From Lachnospiraceae bacterium (GTDB lineage Bacteria > Bacillota > Clostridia > Lachnospirales > Lachnospiraceae): 36,954 nt of DNA. The notes beneath the pieces were generated by a model. That model saw only the letters and a list, made by a program, of their open reading frames with translations, did not search any database and was not told the origin of the DNA. Made by a program: the position numbers and the translations under genes. Below are positions 15,753 through 25,186 of the stretch, piece by piece (the stretch's first letter is position 1; each line of letters starts with the position of its first letter). The stretch spans positions 1 through 36,954 of the forward strand of contig JAJQID010000078.1 of NCBI GenBank assembly GCA_021199405.1. Reading direction: 5' to 3'.

Positions 15753-16757
15753 TCACCCCAGCACAAACTGATACACGCAGAACGCCGCGTAAATTGCCAG
15801 CAGCAGGATGCCCTGCAGGCGGCTTGTCTTCCCTTTGACCAGGGGTATAGCGGTCAGCAAAATCATCACCAGGAGCATCACCGGCAGATCCACCACCAGA
15901 GAGGAATTGATCCCGAACAGAGTGGAATTCTGTGGAATGCTGAAGGGCGATACCGTGATGGACAGACCGCAGACCAGTACCAGATTGAACACATTTGCAC
16001 CGATCACGTTGCCCAGAGACAGGGAGCTGTGCCCCTTGATGAGGGAGGTGATGGCGGTGACCAGCTCCGGCAGCGAGGTGCCGAGAGCTACGAAGGTCAG
16101 GGCGATCACGGATTCCGGGACGCCCAGCGCCTCCGCAATCAGGGTGCCGTTGTCCACCAGCAGGTCGGCGCCAATGGCAATCAATACCGCACCGACGACT
16201 AGGAGAAGGATCAGCTTCCAGACAGGATCGTCCGCACTGTCCTCCTCATTGTTTTCCGTGTCACCGCCATGGGTGGCTTCAGCCGCTGAGGCGGTATCCG
16301 ACCCGTTCGGCTCATTTTTCATTCCCATCACATTCGCAATCATATACAGCACAAAGATGATCAGTAAAATGACGCCGATGGGGCGGGAAAAATAGCCGGA
16401 GGTATAAGCTACCGCCACATAGAAGGCGGCTGCGATGAAAAAGAAGATCACAGGCGTGCGCAGGGTCTTTTTATTGACTGCTGACGGTCTGACGGCGGCG
16501 CTGATAGCGGCAATCAGGGCTGTGTTGCAGATGATGGAGCCGATGGCGTTGCCGTAGGCAATCTGGCTGTGCCCCTGGATGGCGGAGGTGGTGGAAACCA
16601 TGACCTCCGGCAGAGTGGTGCCGATGGACACCACGGTGGCGCCGATCAGAAGCTCCGGCAGGTGAAAACGCCTGGCGATGCCGGTGGCGCCGTCCACGAA
16701 CCAGTCACCCCCGTAAATCAGCAGCACCAGTCCGACGATGAACAGAAGATACATCAT
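15753..16757 (-). CDS. Ca2+/Na+ antiporter (CaCA family, YrbG-like)
   Basis: About 10 TM helices. It has the two alpha-repeat signatures GNAIGSIICNTALI and GNVIGANVFNLVLV, separated by an acidic loop. Confidence 0.9.
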   Translation of the reverse strand: MMYLLFIVGLVLLIYGGDWFVDGATGIARRFHLPELLIGATVVSIGTTLPEVMVSTTSAIQGHSQIAYGNAIGSIICNTALIAAISAAVRPSAVNKKTLRTPVIFFFIAAAFYVAVAYTSGYFSRPIGVILLIIFVLYMIANVMGMKNEPNGSDTASAAEATHGGDTENNEEDSADDPVWKLILLLVVGAVLIAIGADLLVDNGTLIAEALGVPESVIALTFVALGTSLPELVTAITSLIKGHSSLSLGNVIGANVFNLVLVCGLSITVSPFSIPQNSTLFGINSSLVVDLPVMLLVMILLTAIPLVKGKTSRLQGILLLAIYAAFCVYQFVLG

Positions 16758-17011
16758 AAAAATTCACTCCTTTGATTTGAAAATAATTAAGATGAATTAC
16801 GGAGCCTGATATCCCGATTTTCGGGAAATTTCATCCCTTGTTTTGAGAAGGAGCAATGTATTCTCCTCCAATATGGTGTCTGTGATACAGTTCTTTTTTC
16901 TGCTCACGGGCAAAAATGATTATAAATGATGACCGTATAAAATTCAAGAGAAAGAGAGACGGACTGATAAACAAAAATAAAAAGCACAAAAATATAGTTT
17001 CAGATTGAAAT

Positions 17012-17053
17012 AAAAGCGGTGAAGTAAAATGGAAAAAACTTCATCGCTTTTTT
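17012..17053. terminator. Orphan bidirectional terminator-like hairpin in a divergent intergenic region
   Basis: AAAAGCGGTGAAG (17012-17024) pairs with CTTCATCGCTTTT (17039-17051): 13 bp with one G-U. The T-run TTTTTT is on the plus side and TTTTATTT on the minus side. Confidence 0.45.
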
Positions 17054-17330
17054 GACGTTTACGATCCGGGAAGAAGGGAACGTCCTGATTTATGCCCGAA
17101 ATTCAGACCTGAAAAATCGAATTTTGGTAAAAAGTAACGAAAAAAATAAAATTGTTTCAGTAAAAATACATATTGAAAAAAAGAAATGAATTTGTTAAAT
17201 TTTAAAATACATAATATGAATTTGAAAAAAATATGAGAAAAAAACTAAAAAAGTTCGGTCATCATATCTAAAAAGCAAAATTCATATTACAAATCGTACC
17301 TAAAATATATTATCAAGGGAGGAACAATTT

Positions 17331-19012
17331 ATGATGAGAGCATTTTCTCGCAGAGACTTTATGAAGGGCATGCTGGCAGGCGGCGTAGCGGTTGGCTCCG
17401 CCGGACTTCTGACAGCCTGCGGGAGCAGCAGTTCGGAGAGCAGCTCCTCAGACAGCAGTTCGGAGAGCACAGGAAGCTCTTCCGGGGAAACATCTACTGG
17501 AGAAACAAGTACAGGAAGTAACGGCAGAACGAAGGTTGCGGTGGGATGTAAGAACGCGATACAGTCCCTATCCCCGTTCCAGGGTCCGAACCCGTATACG
17601 GATGCAATTCTCGGGCAGATCTATCAGTGGCTGGCCATTCGCGAAAGCGTATCCACATCGGAGATGACCGGTATGCTGGCCAAGAGCTGGAGCACGGAGG
17701 ATGGACAGACTTATTCATTTGAGCTGTATGAGGGAATCTGTGATACTGAAGGAAATCCGTTCACTTCCAGCGACGTGGCGTTTTGCATTGAGCAGCATGT
17801 GGCGGGCGGCACAGCCGCAGCGGGTTATGTGGACAGCATCAATGTGATCGATGACACTCATTTTGAGATGGTTCTCACCACGAACGCGGTTGGCACCCTG
17901 GAGCAGGTCTGTGAGAACTGCCTGATGACGACACAGGCGGCCTACGAGGCCAGCAGCGATGGCATGGCAACCACCCCGGTTGGCACTAACCAGTACAAGC
18001 TGCAGTCGTACACAGCCGGCGCTAACGTCATTATTGAGAAGGCGGACAGCTTCTGGATGACAGACGAAGGCTACGATGTCCCGAAGCTCTGCGAGGCCAA
18101 TGTGGATGTGATCGAATATGACTTCCTGACTGAGACCACTCAGCTTAATCTGGCTCTGCTGCAGGATTCGGTACAGATGGCGATCCAGATCGATACCAGC
18201 CAGGTGGAGGATCTGTCCGCTGAGCCTAACTATGATGTGGAAAAGTCTCCTATCGGTATGTTCCGGCTTCTGGTTTTCAATTGCACGGAGGACAGTCCGC
18301 TGAACAACCAGGCGCTTCGTGAGGCGGTCTGCTATGCCATTGATTCTGAGGGCCTGAACGTTGGTGTTCTGTCCGGTCTGGGCTCCGTTCCCGGCGGTCT
18401 TGGAAATGAGGCTTATATGGCTTTAATGAGGACTGGTGGAGTGATGATTACTATTCCTACAATCCGGAACTGGCAAAGGAAAAGCTGGCGGAGGCCGGAT
18501 ATGCGGAAGGGGAGGTGACCCTTCGTGCCGCGATCAATTCTCTGGCGTCAGTGAAGAGCTACTTTGAGATGATCTCCACCTATCTGCAGGCGGTTGGCAT
18601 CAACCTGGTGGTGGATCAGTATGAGAATAACGTGTATGGTGAGAAGCAGCTGACGGTAACTGCCGGTGAATGGGATATGTGCATTGGCTACTCGATTACC
18701 TCTATTTACCAGGCAAATCAGTTCGCGGCCATCAATGATGCGTCGATCTACGCTCATGGAATGACCCAGTATGGAGTTGATGATCCGTATCTGCAGGAGC
18801 TGATGCAGGATTGTCTGAGTCCGGACTGGACACAGGATGAACTGGATGAGCTGGAATCCATTATTGCGGACAACTGCTATTATTACGCATTCATCAATGA
18901 AGAATATTATCACTGCGTGAACGTGGGCATTTCTGATGTGGTGTACAATGGCAAGGGCAGAATGCTGGTGGCCGCCTGCACGTTCGCGGATGACTGGAGC
19001 TATTTCGAGTAA
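17331..19012 (+). pseudogene. Family-5 (peptide/opine/nickel type) ABC substrate-binding lipoprotein, interrupted by a -1 frameshift near 18419-18420
   Basis: Track ORFs 17331..18518 and 18515..19012 are two halves of one binding protein. The second frame is open from 18410 and reads GFNEDWWSDDYYSYNPELAKEKLAEAGYAEGEVTLRAAINS, a canonical SBP_bac_5 segment. The N-terminus has SRRDFMKG plus lipobox LTAC. Confidence 0.75.
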
Positions 19013-19108
19013 AAAGCAGACTGTTGTTTTACAGCTATAGAACCTTTCCCCGGTATGTCTGAGGGATTCATACATACCGGGGAATTTTGAAAGCTAAAGG
19101 AGAATTTC

Positions 19109-20083
19109 ATGGCGAGATATATTATCAAAAGAATATTGCTCATGATTCCTGTGGTAGTCGGCGTGGTCATCCTGGTGTTTACCATTCTGTATTTTTCACC
19201 ATCGGATGCCGCGGCGGTGAAGCTTCAGGGAACGGGAACTGCTGAACAGCTGGAGGAGATGCGGGAATCCATGGGATTAAACGACCCTTATATTGTACAG
19301 TTGGGAAGATATCTGTATCAGCTGTTTATCAAATTTGACTTTGGAACATCATTGATCAATGGGACGGATGTGGGAAAGGATCTGATGCAAAGGCTGCCAA
19401 ACTCGCTGATCATCGCTTTATCCAGTATTGTCTGTTCCATGGCGGTGGGAATTCCTCTGGGTATGAGGAATGCGGTAAAGCCCAACAGTCCGGGATCCGC
19501 TGCCGGAATGGTAGCCGCCCTGATTGGTATTTCCATGCCGGGGTTCTGGTTCGCGCTTTTGTGCGTGATTTTGTTCTCCTATAAATTGAATCTGCTTCCC
19601 GCTTATGGCGTGGGCGGGATTCAATACTGGATCTTACCGCTTGTGGCAAATTCCTTCCACGGGGTGGCCGCACAGGCCAGGCAGACCAGGTCGGCCATGC
19701 TGGATGTTATCAATTCTGATTACATCATCATGGCAAGAGCCAAGGGCGTTCCGGAGAAAAAGGTGATTCGTAAGCATGCGCTTCCCAATGCGCTTATTCC
19801 TGTGATCACCGTGTCGGGTTCCGCTTTCGGAAGCATGATCGGCGGCGGACTGATCATCGAGACCATCTTTAATATCCCGGGCATTGGCTATTATCTTGTA
19901 TCGGGGGTGAATCAGAGAGATACCACTGTGGTACTGGGCGGCGTAGCCCTTTTGTCCATCATCTTCAGCTTCATCATGCTGCTGACGGATCTGGCGATGG
20001 CGGCTGTGGATCCCAGAATCAAGGCACAGTTTACATCCGGAGGAAGGAGGAAGAAAGTTGGAAAACACAGCGACGACAAATAA
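19109..20083 (+). CDS. ABC transporter permease (DppB/OppB-like)
   Basis: Starts MARYIIKRILLMIPVVVGVVILVF. It has 6 TM helices and a BPD_transp_1-type loop. Confidence 0.9.
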   Translation: MARYIIKRILLMIPVVVGVVILVFTILYFSPSDAAAVKLQGTGTAEQLEEMRESMGLNDPYIVQLGRYLYQLFIKFDFGTSLINGTDVGKDLMQRLPNSLIIALSSIVCSMAVGIPLGMRNAVKPNSPGSAAGMVAALIGISMPGFWFALLCVILFSYKLNLLPAYGVGGIQYWILPLVANSFHGVAAQARQTRSAMLDVINSDYIIMARAKGVPEKKVIRKHALPNALIPVITVSGSAFGSMIGGGLIIETIFNIPGIGYYLVSGVNQRDTTVVLGGVALLSIIFSFIMLLTDLAMAAVDPRIKAQFTSGGRRKKVGKHSDDK

Positions 20084-20945
20084 GGAAACTGAGAAGCTGA
20101 AGTCGGAGAGCCAGCTGTTAGCGATCCTGAAGAGGCTTTCTTATAATCGGATGGCCATGGTTGGGCTGGTGATTCTGACACTGATCATTTTGATGGCCAT
20201 TTTTGCCCCGTGGATCATGCCCTACGATTACAGCGCCATGGATCCGGCCAACGCCTTCCAGAATCCCAGCTGGGAGCATTGGCTGGGAACGGACTCTCTG
20301 GGGCGGGATGTGCTAAGCAGAATCATATATGGATCCAGATATTCGCTGGTGCTGGCCTTCGGCGCGGTGCTTTTATCTCTGGCCGGCGGGGTGATCATCG
20401 GAGCCATTGCAGGCTTCTTTGGGGGAGCGGTAGATCAGGTGATCATGCGCTGTACGGACGTCATTCAGGCCGTACCCGGAACTCTGCTCAATCTGGCTCT
20501 GGTCTGTGTATTCGGAAACGGTTTCGGCAACACGATCCTGGCTCTTGGAGTGAGCGGTATCGCCAGTAATGCCAGACTGATGAGATCTTCCATATTAAAG
20601 GTACGCAAGATGGAGTATCTGGACGCCGCATCCTCCATCAACTGCTCCAACTTCCGCATCATCACAAAGCATGTGCTTCCCAATGCTTTTTCACCCATGA
20701 TTGTATCCTGCACCATGAGTATCGGAAGCACGATCCTGAGCGCTTCAGGACTGAGCTATCTGGGCCTGGGCGTTCCCACAGGTGTTCCGGAATGGGGCGC
20801 CATGCTGAGCGCGGGAAGGGACTACATAATGAAGTATCCTCTTTTGACCATTATTCCTGGCTGCGCGATCGTGATTACGGTGCTTGCGGCCAATCTGCTG
20901 GGAGACGGACTCAGAGACGCCATGGATCCCAGGCTGAAGAAATAG
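20058..20945 (+). CDS. ABC transporter permease (DppC/OppC-like)
   Basis: Contains LGTDSLGRDVLSRIIYGSRYSL. The TTG start at 20058 follows AGGAGGAAG and overlaps the upstream gene by 26 nt. Confidence 0.85.
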   Translation: MENTATTNKETEKLKSESQLLAILKRLSYNRMAMVGLVILTLIILMAIFAPWIMPYDYSAMDPANAFQNPSWEHWLGTDSLGRDVLSRIIYGSRYSLVLAFGAVLLSLAGGVIIGAIAGFFGGAVDQVIMRCTDVIQAVPGTLLNLALVCVFGNGFGNTILALGVSGIASNARLMRSSILKVRKMEYLDAASSINCSNFRIITKHVLPNAFSPMIVSCTMSIGSTILSASGLSYLGLGVPTGVPEWGAMLSAGRDYIMKYPLLTIIPGCAIVITVLAANLLGDGLRDAMDPRLKK

Positions 20946-20957
20946 GGGGGCTGTCAG

Positions 20958-21935
20958 ATGGAAAAATTTCTTGAAGTAAAAAATCTTGAAGTGCAATACG
21001 TTTTAAAAGAAGAAACGGTATATGCGGTAAACGATATTTCCTTCAGCCTGGAAAAAGGACATACCCTGGGGCTGGTGGGGGAGACCGGCGCCGGCAAGAC
21101 CAGCATCGCCAGAGCGATTCTGAGAGTCCTTCCGGTTCCGCCCTCTCAGGTCAAAAACGGTGAGATCTGGTTTGAGGGTAAGGATCTTCTGAAAATATCG
21201 GAAGAGGAAATGCGCTCCATTCGCGGCGATAAAATCACCATGATCTTCCAGGATCCCATGACCGCGCTGAACCCGGTTATGAAGGTGGGAGATCAGATCG
21301 CGGAAGTCCTGGAAATGCATGACACAAAGCTTGGCAAGGCCGAGATCCGCAGGGAAGCCGAAAAAATGCTGGAGATGGTAGGGATCCCGGCGGGACGGTA
21401 TGACGAATACCCCCATCAGTTTTCCGGCGGGATGAAGCAGAGAGTGGTGATCGCCATCGCTCTGGCCTGTAACCCGGAGCTGTTGCTGGCGGATGAGCCC
21501 ACCACGGCGCTGGATGTGACCATTCAGGCTCAGGTGCTGGATCTGATCCGTAATCTTCGTGAAAAGAATAACACCTCCATGATCTTGATCACTCATGATC
21601 TGGGCGTAGTGGCGGAGATGTGTGATGATGTGGCGGTAGTGTACGCGGGAGAGATCATCGAAAGCGGTTCATTAGAGGATGTCTTCGATCATCCCACACA
21701 TCCGTATACTCAGGGCCTGTTTGGCTCTCTGCCGTCCTTAGACAGAAGCGAACCGCTCAGACCCATTGAGGGACTGACGCCGGATCCCACAAATCTGCCC
21801 AAAGGCTGCAAATTCCACCCCCGCTGCCCCTACGCGACGGAGGAGTGTAAGACCACAAAGAATGAGTTTTGCGAGGTGGCGCCGGGACATCTTTGCCGGT
21901 GCGTGCTGGCAATGAAGAATCAGGAGGGGAAATGA
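20958..21935 (+). CDS. Oligopeptide/dipeptide-type ABC ATP-binding protein (OppD-like)
   Basis: Walker A GETGAGKTS, signature FSGGMKQRVVIAIAL, Walker B LLLADEPTTALD, and a C-terminal Cys-rich oligo_HPY-type tail. Confidence 0.95.
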   Translation: MEKFLEVKNLEVQYVLKEETVYAVNDISFSLEKGHTLGLVGETGAGKTSIARAILRVLPVPPSQVKNGEIWFEGKDLLKISEEEMRSIRGDKITMIFQDPMTALNPVMKVGDQIAEVLEMHDTKLGKAEIRREAEKMLEMVGIPAGRYDEYPHQFSGGMKQRVVIAIALACNPELLLADEPTTALDVTIQAQVLDLIRNLREKNNTSMILITHDLGVVAEMCDDVAVVYAGEIIESGSLEDVFDHPTHPYTQGLFGSLPSLDRSEPLRPIEGLTPDPTNLPKGCKFHPRCPYATEECKTTKNEFCEVAPGHLCRCVLAMKNQEGK

Positions 21936-22897
21936 TCATGGATGAACTCTTACAGGTACAAAATTTAAAGAAATATTTCCCCACAAAGCATGGAATGCTC
22001 CACGCGGTGGACGACGTCACTTTTTCCATCGGCCGGGGCAGGACCATGGGCGTGGTAGGTGAGTCCGGCTGTGGAAAATCCACGCTTGGGAGAGTGCTCA
22101 CACATCTGGAGACCAGCACCGAAGGGCAGTTCATTTTCGACGGTAAGGATGTGACCAATGTGAAGCGCAAGGCACTGAAGGAGTACAGGGAAAATGCACA
22201 GATCATCTTTCAGGATCCCTATTCCTCTCTGAACCCGCGCTACACGGTGGAGGAGACCATACAGGAGCCGTTGATCCTGACCCATCGGTACAGCAAGGCG
22301 CAGCTGAGGGAGAAAACAACGGAAATGATGGATCTGGTGGGAATTGCTCCCCGTCTGCGGATGTCCTATCCCCATGAACTGGACGGAGGCAGAAGGCAGC
22401 GCGTGGTGATTGCCAGAGCCCTGGCCCTGGACCCGAAATTCGTGGTCTGCGACGAGCCGGTTTCTTCCCTGGATGTATCGATTCAGGCACAGATTCTGAA
22501 TCTTCTGCTGAAGCTTCAGGAGGAGAAGAAATTCACCTATATGTTCATCACTCATGATCTGTCTGTGGTGAGATATATTTCCAATGACATCTGTGTCATG
22601 TATCTGGGGCAGCTGGTGGAGTCGGCCTCCTCTGAGGCGCTGTTTGCCAATCCGCTGCATCCGTACACCAAAGCTCTTCTGTCGGCGCTGCCGACGGTGG
22701 ACATCCATCACAAAATGAACCGGATTGTGCTCAAGGGAGAGATTACATCTCCTGTCAATCCGCCGGAGGGCTGCCGTTTCGCGGCCAGATGCAATTACGC
22801 CTGCGAGGCCTGCCACAAAAAGCAGCAGCTGCAGGAGGTGGAGCCGGGACATTTTGTCTCCTGCTGCAGAGTGAAGGAACTGAACAATCTTACATAA
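21932..22897 (+). CDS. Oligopeptide/dipeptide-type ABC ATP-binding protein (OppF-like)
   Basis: Walker A GESGCGKST, degenerate signature LDGGRRQRVVIARAL, Walker B VVCDEPVSSLD. The start is ATG 21932 (ATGA overlap with the upstream stop), after CAGGAGGGG. Confidence 0.9.
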   Translation: MIMDELLQVQNLKKYFPTKHGMLHAVDDVTFSIGRGRTMGVVGESGCGKSTLGRVLTHLETSTEGQFIFDGKDVTNVKRKALKEYRENAQIIFQDPYSSLNPRYTVEETIQEPLILTHRYSKAQLREKTTEMMDLVGIAPRLRMSYPHELDGGRRQRVVIARALALDPKFVVCDEPVSSLDVSIQAQILNLLLKLQEEKKFTYMFITHDLSVVRYISNDICVMYLGQLVESASSEALFANPLHPYTKALLSALPTVDIHHKMNRIVLKGEITSPVNPPEGCRFAARCNYACEACHKKQQLQEVEPGHFVSCCRVKELNNLT

Positions 22898-22922
22898 AAC
22901 AGTTAAAGGGAAATATGAGATT

Positions 22923-24116
22923 ATGAGTGAAGTGACATCAAGTCAAAAAGCAGTGACCAGAGTCTGGAATCCGCGTTTTACCTGTATTTTTCTGGCAAAT
23001 GCGATGATGTACCTGGGACAGTACATGGTGCAGACTCTTGTCACAACCTATGCGTCCACGCTGGGGGCAACCACACAGATTCTGGGAGTGGTTGCCAGCG
23101 CCTTCGCGCTGACGGCGCTTCTGTTTAAATTTGTGTCAGGACCCATGCTGGACAGATTTGAGAGAAAATTTATTATTTTTGGCGCCATGCTGGTGATGGC
23201 CTTTGCTTTCCTGGGCTACAGCTTTTCTGAGTCCGTTACCATGGTAATCGCCTTCCGGCTGCTGCAGGGAGCTGCTCAGGCGTTTACGGCAACAGGGTAT
23301 CTGGCCATGGCCACCGACGCCCTTCCCAGGGAAAAGCTGGGGACGGGACTGGGGATGTTTACCCTGGCGCAGTCCATCTGCATGGCCATCGCGCCTACCA
23401 TAGGATTGGCCATCCGCGACAGGTTTGGCTTTCCGGCAACGTTTATGACGGCATCTGTGCTGGTGTTTGTGGCGGCGATGATGTCTCTTGTGATCAAACC
23501 GGTCAAAAAGGAAGAGAAGAAAAAGGAAAAGTTCCGGATTCATGTGGGTGATTTTATCGCCAGAGAAGCGCTGCTTCCCATGTTTTTCCTGTTCATGGTG
23601 TATATTGCCGCCTGCCTGATCAATTCCTATCTGGTCATCTATGCGACACAGATCAGAGGATTAAGCGGCATCGGCATATATTTCACGGTCAATTCTCTGG
23701 TGCTTCTTGTCACAAAGCCCATTGTGGGCAGGCTGACGGACAGACTGGGCTTTGTAAAGGTCTTTGTACCGGCGCTGCTGTGCTCTATCATCGCTTTCTT
23801 TGTGATCAGCGTGTCTACCAGTCTGTGGATGTTTCTGGTGGCAGCAGTCATCTCCGCCTTTGGAAACGGCGTGTGTCATCCGGTGGTAAACGCCCTGTGC
23901 ATGAAGGCGGTACCGGTTGAAAAACGGGGAGCGGGCAGCAGCACCAGCTATATGGGCGTTGACCTCGGCAATCTGGTGGGCCCGTCCCTGGGCGCCTGGG
24001 TGGCCGGCACCATGGGGTACCCGATGATGTGGAGAGTGATGACGATCCCGTTAATGATTGCGCTTGTGGTGGCTATCGCGATGAGAAAAACAATCGCTCA
24101 GACAGAGGCCGGCTGA
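22923..24116 (+). CDS. MFS transporter
   Basis: About 12 hydrophobic segments in 397 aa with a basic central loop (KPVKKEEKKKEKFR). Substrate unknown. Confidence 0.85.
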   Translation: MSEVTSSQKAVTRVWNPRFTCIFLANAMMYLGQYMVQTLVTTYASTLGATTQILGVVASAFALTALLFKFVSGPMLDRFERKFIIFGAMLVMAFAFLGYSFSESVTMVIAFRLLQGAAQAFTATGYLAMATDALPREKLGTGLGMFTLAQSICMAIAPTIGLAIRDRFGFPATFMTASVLVFVAAMMSLVIKPVKKEEKKKEKFRIHVGDFIAREALLPMFFLFMVYIAACLINSYLVIYATQIRGLSGIGIYFTVNSLVLLVTKPIVGRLTDRLGFVKVFVPALLCSIIAFFVISVSTSLWMFLVAAVISAFGNGVCHPVVNALCMKAVPVEKRGAGSSTSYMGVDLGNLVGPSLGAWVAGTMGYPMMWRVMTIPLMIALVVAIAMRKTIAQTEAG

Positions 24117-24141
24117 GGACAGTGGACACAGGAGGAGAATA

Positions 24142-25116
24142 ATGGCGATGAAAATTGTAATTGGAGGTCCCTATCCGAAAGGAGTTTTTGAAAAATTTGA
24201 ATCTATGCTTGCCCCGACGGGGGCCCAGGTGATCAGCGTCTCAACCCAGGAGGAATATGAGGCGCTGACGGAGGCGGACATTATTGTGCTTCGGGTGCTG
24301 AAGATGAGCGAGGCTGATATGGAGCGCGTAAAGGGTCTGAAGGCGATCATCCGCTGGGGAGCCGGCTTTGACACGGTTGATATTGAGGCCGCCGGAAAGC
24401 GGGGCATCTATGTCTGCAACACACCGGGAGCCAATGCCTTCGCGGTGGCGGAGCTGACCATCATGATGATGCTTGCGCTGGGCAGAAAGCTGACCGGACA
24501 TGAGAAAAAAATAGCCCAGGGAGACTGGAGCAAGCTGGATTTCCTGGATAAGAGTTCTACTTTATATCACAAAACACTGGGAATTGTCGGCGGCGGAAAT
24601 GTGGGCCGCCAGGTGGCAAAGAGAGCTGCGGTTTTTGGAATGACAGTTAAATACTATGATCCTTATCGTCTGAAACCGGAAATGGAAGAAGAATTTGGGA
24701 TGGAATACACTTCCCTTGAGTATTTACTGAAAACGGCGGATTTTGTGTCGATTCATGTGCCGTTGATGGACTCTACCTATCATCTGATCGGGAAAGAGCA
24801 GCTTTCGCTGATGAAAAAGAGCGCTTATCTGATCAATGTGGCCAGAGGCGGTATCGTGGATGACAAGGCTCTGGAGGAGGCGGTTGCCTCCGGCAATCTG
24901 GCGGGAGCCGGCATTGACACGCCGGAGGTGGAGCCACCGGCGGCGGATTCAGGGCTGCGCGATAATCCGGATATTATTCTGACACCTCATGTGGGCGGGG
25001 ATGTGCCGGATGTGAGCGAGGTGGCGATTCCGATGATCTGTGAGAATATTCAGAAATTTCTGGAAACAGGAGTACCGGATCATATTGTCAACGGTAAATA
25101 TCTTCAATCCGCATGA
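24142..25116 (+). CDS. D-isomer-specific 2-hydroxyacid dehydrogenase family protein
   Basis: NAD-binding GIVGGGNVGRQVAKRA, and catalytic-region motifs NVARGGIVD and TPHVGG. RBS AGGAGGA. Confidence 0.9.
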   Translation: MAMKIVIGGPYPKGVFEKFESMLAPTGAQVISVSTQEEYEALTEADIIVLRVLKMSEADMERVKGLKAIIRWGAGFDTVDIEAAGKRGIYVCNTPGANAFAVAELTIMMMLALGRKLTGHEKKIAQGDWSKLDFLDKSSTLYHKTLGIVGGGNVGRQVAKRAAVFGMTVKYYDPYRLKPEMEEEFGMEYTSLEYLLKTADFVSIHVPLMDSTYHLIGKEQLSLMKKSAYLINVARGGIVDDKALEEAVASGNLAGAGIDTPEVEPPAADSGLRDNPDIILTPHVGGDVPDVSEVAIPMICENIQKFLETGVPDHIVNGKYLQSA

Positions 25117-25186
25117 AAAATGTCAGCTTTTGGCCTGCGTGTGAAAAGCTGATCTGCAAAAAAATCAAAAAGAAAGAGGTGGAGCC

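Noticed and set aside
17110-17140. CodY-like box (AATTTTGGTAAAAAG against the consensus AATTTTCWGAAAATT) upstream of the peptide-type ABC operon.
   Set aside because: The match is only about 10 of 15 positions, in a very AT-rich region where such matches arise by chance.
21965-22852. Large antisense ORFs opposite well-supported genes. Examples: 1805..2332, 5920..6483, 7353..7982, 12439..12972, 18548..19075, 21003..21596, 21965..22852, 25745..26401, 26608..27204, 33207..33998, 34172..34678 and 35188..35829.
   Set aside because: These are shadow ORFs, typical of GC-rich coding sequence. Their products are Arg/Pro/His-rich and low in complexity, with no motifs or RBS. In every case the opposite strand carries strong family signatures.
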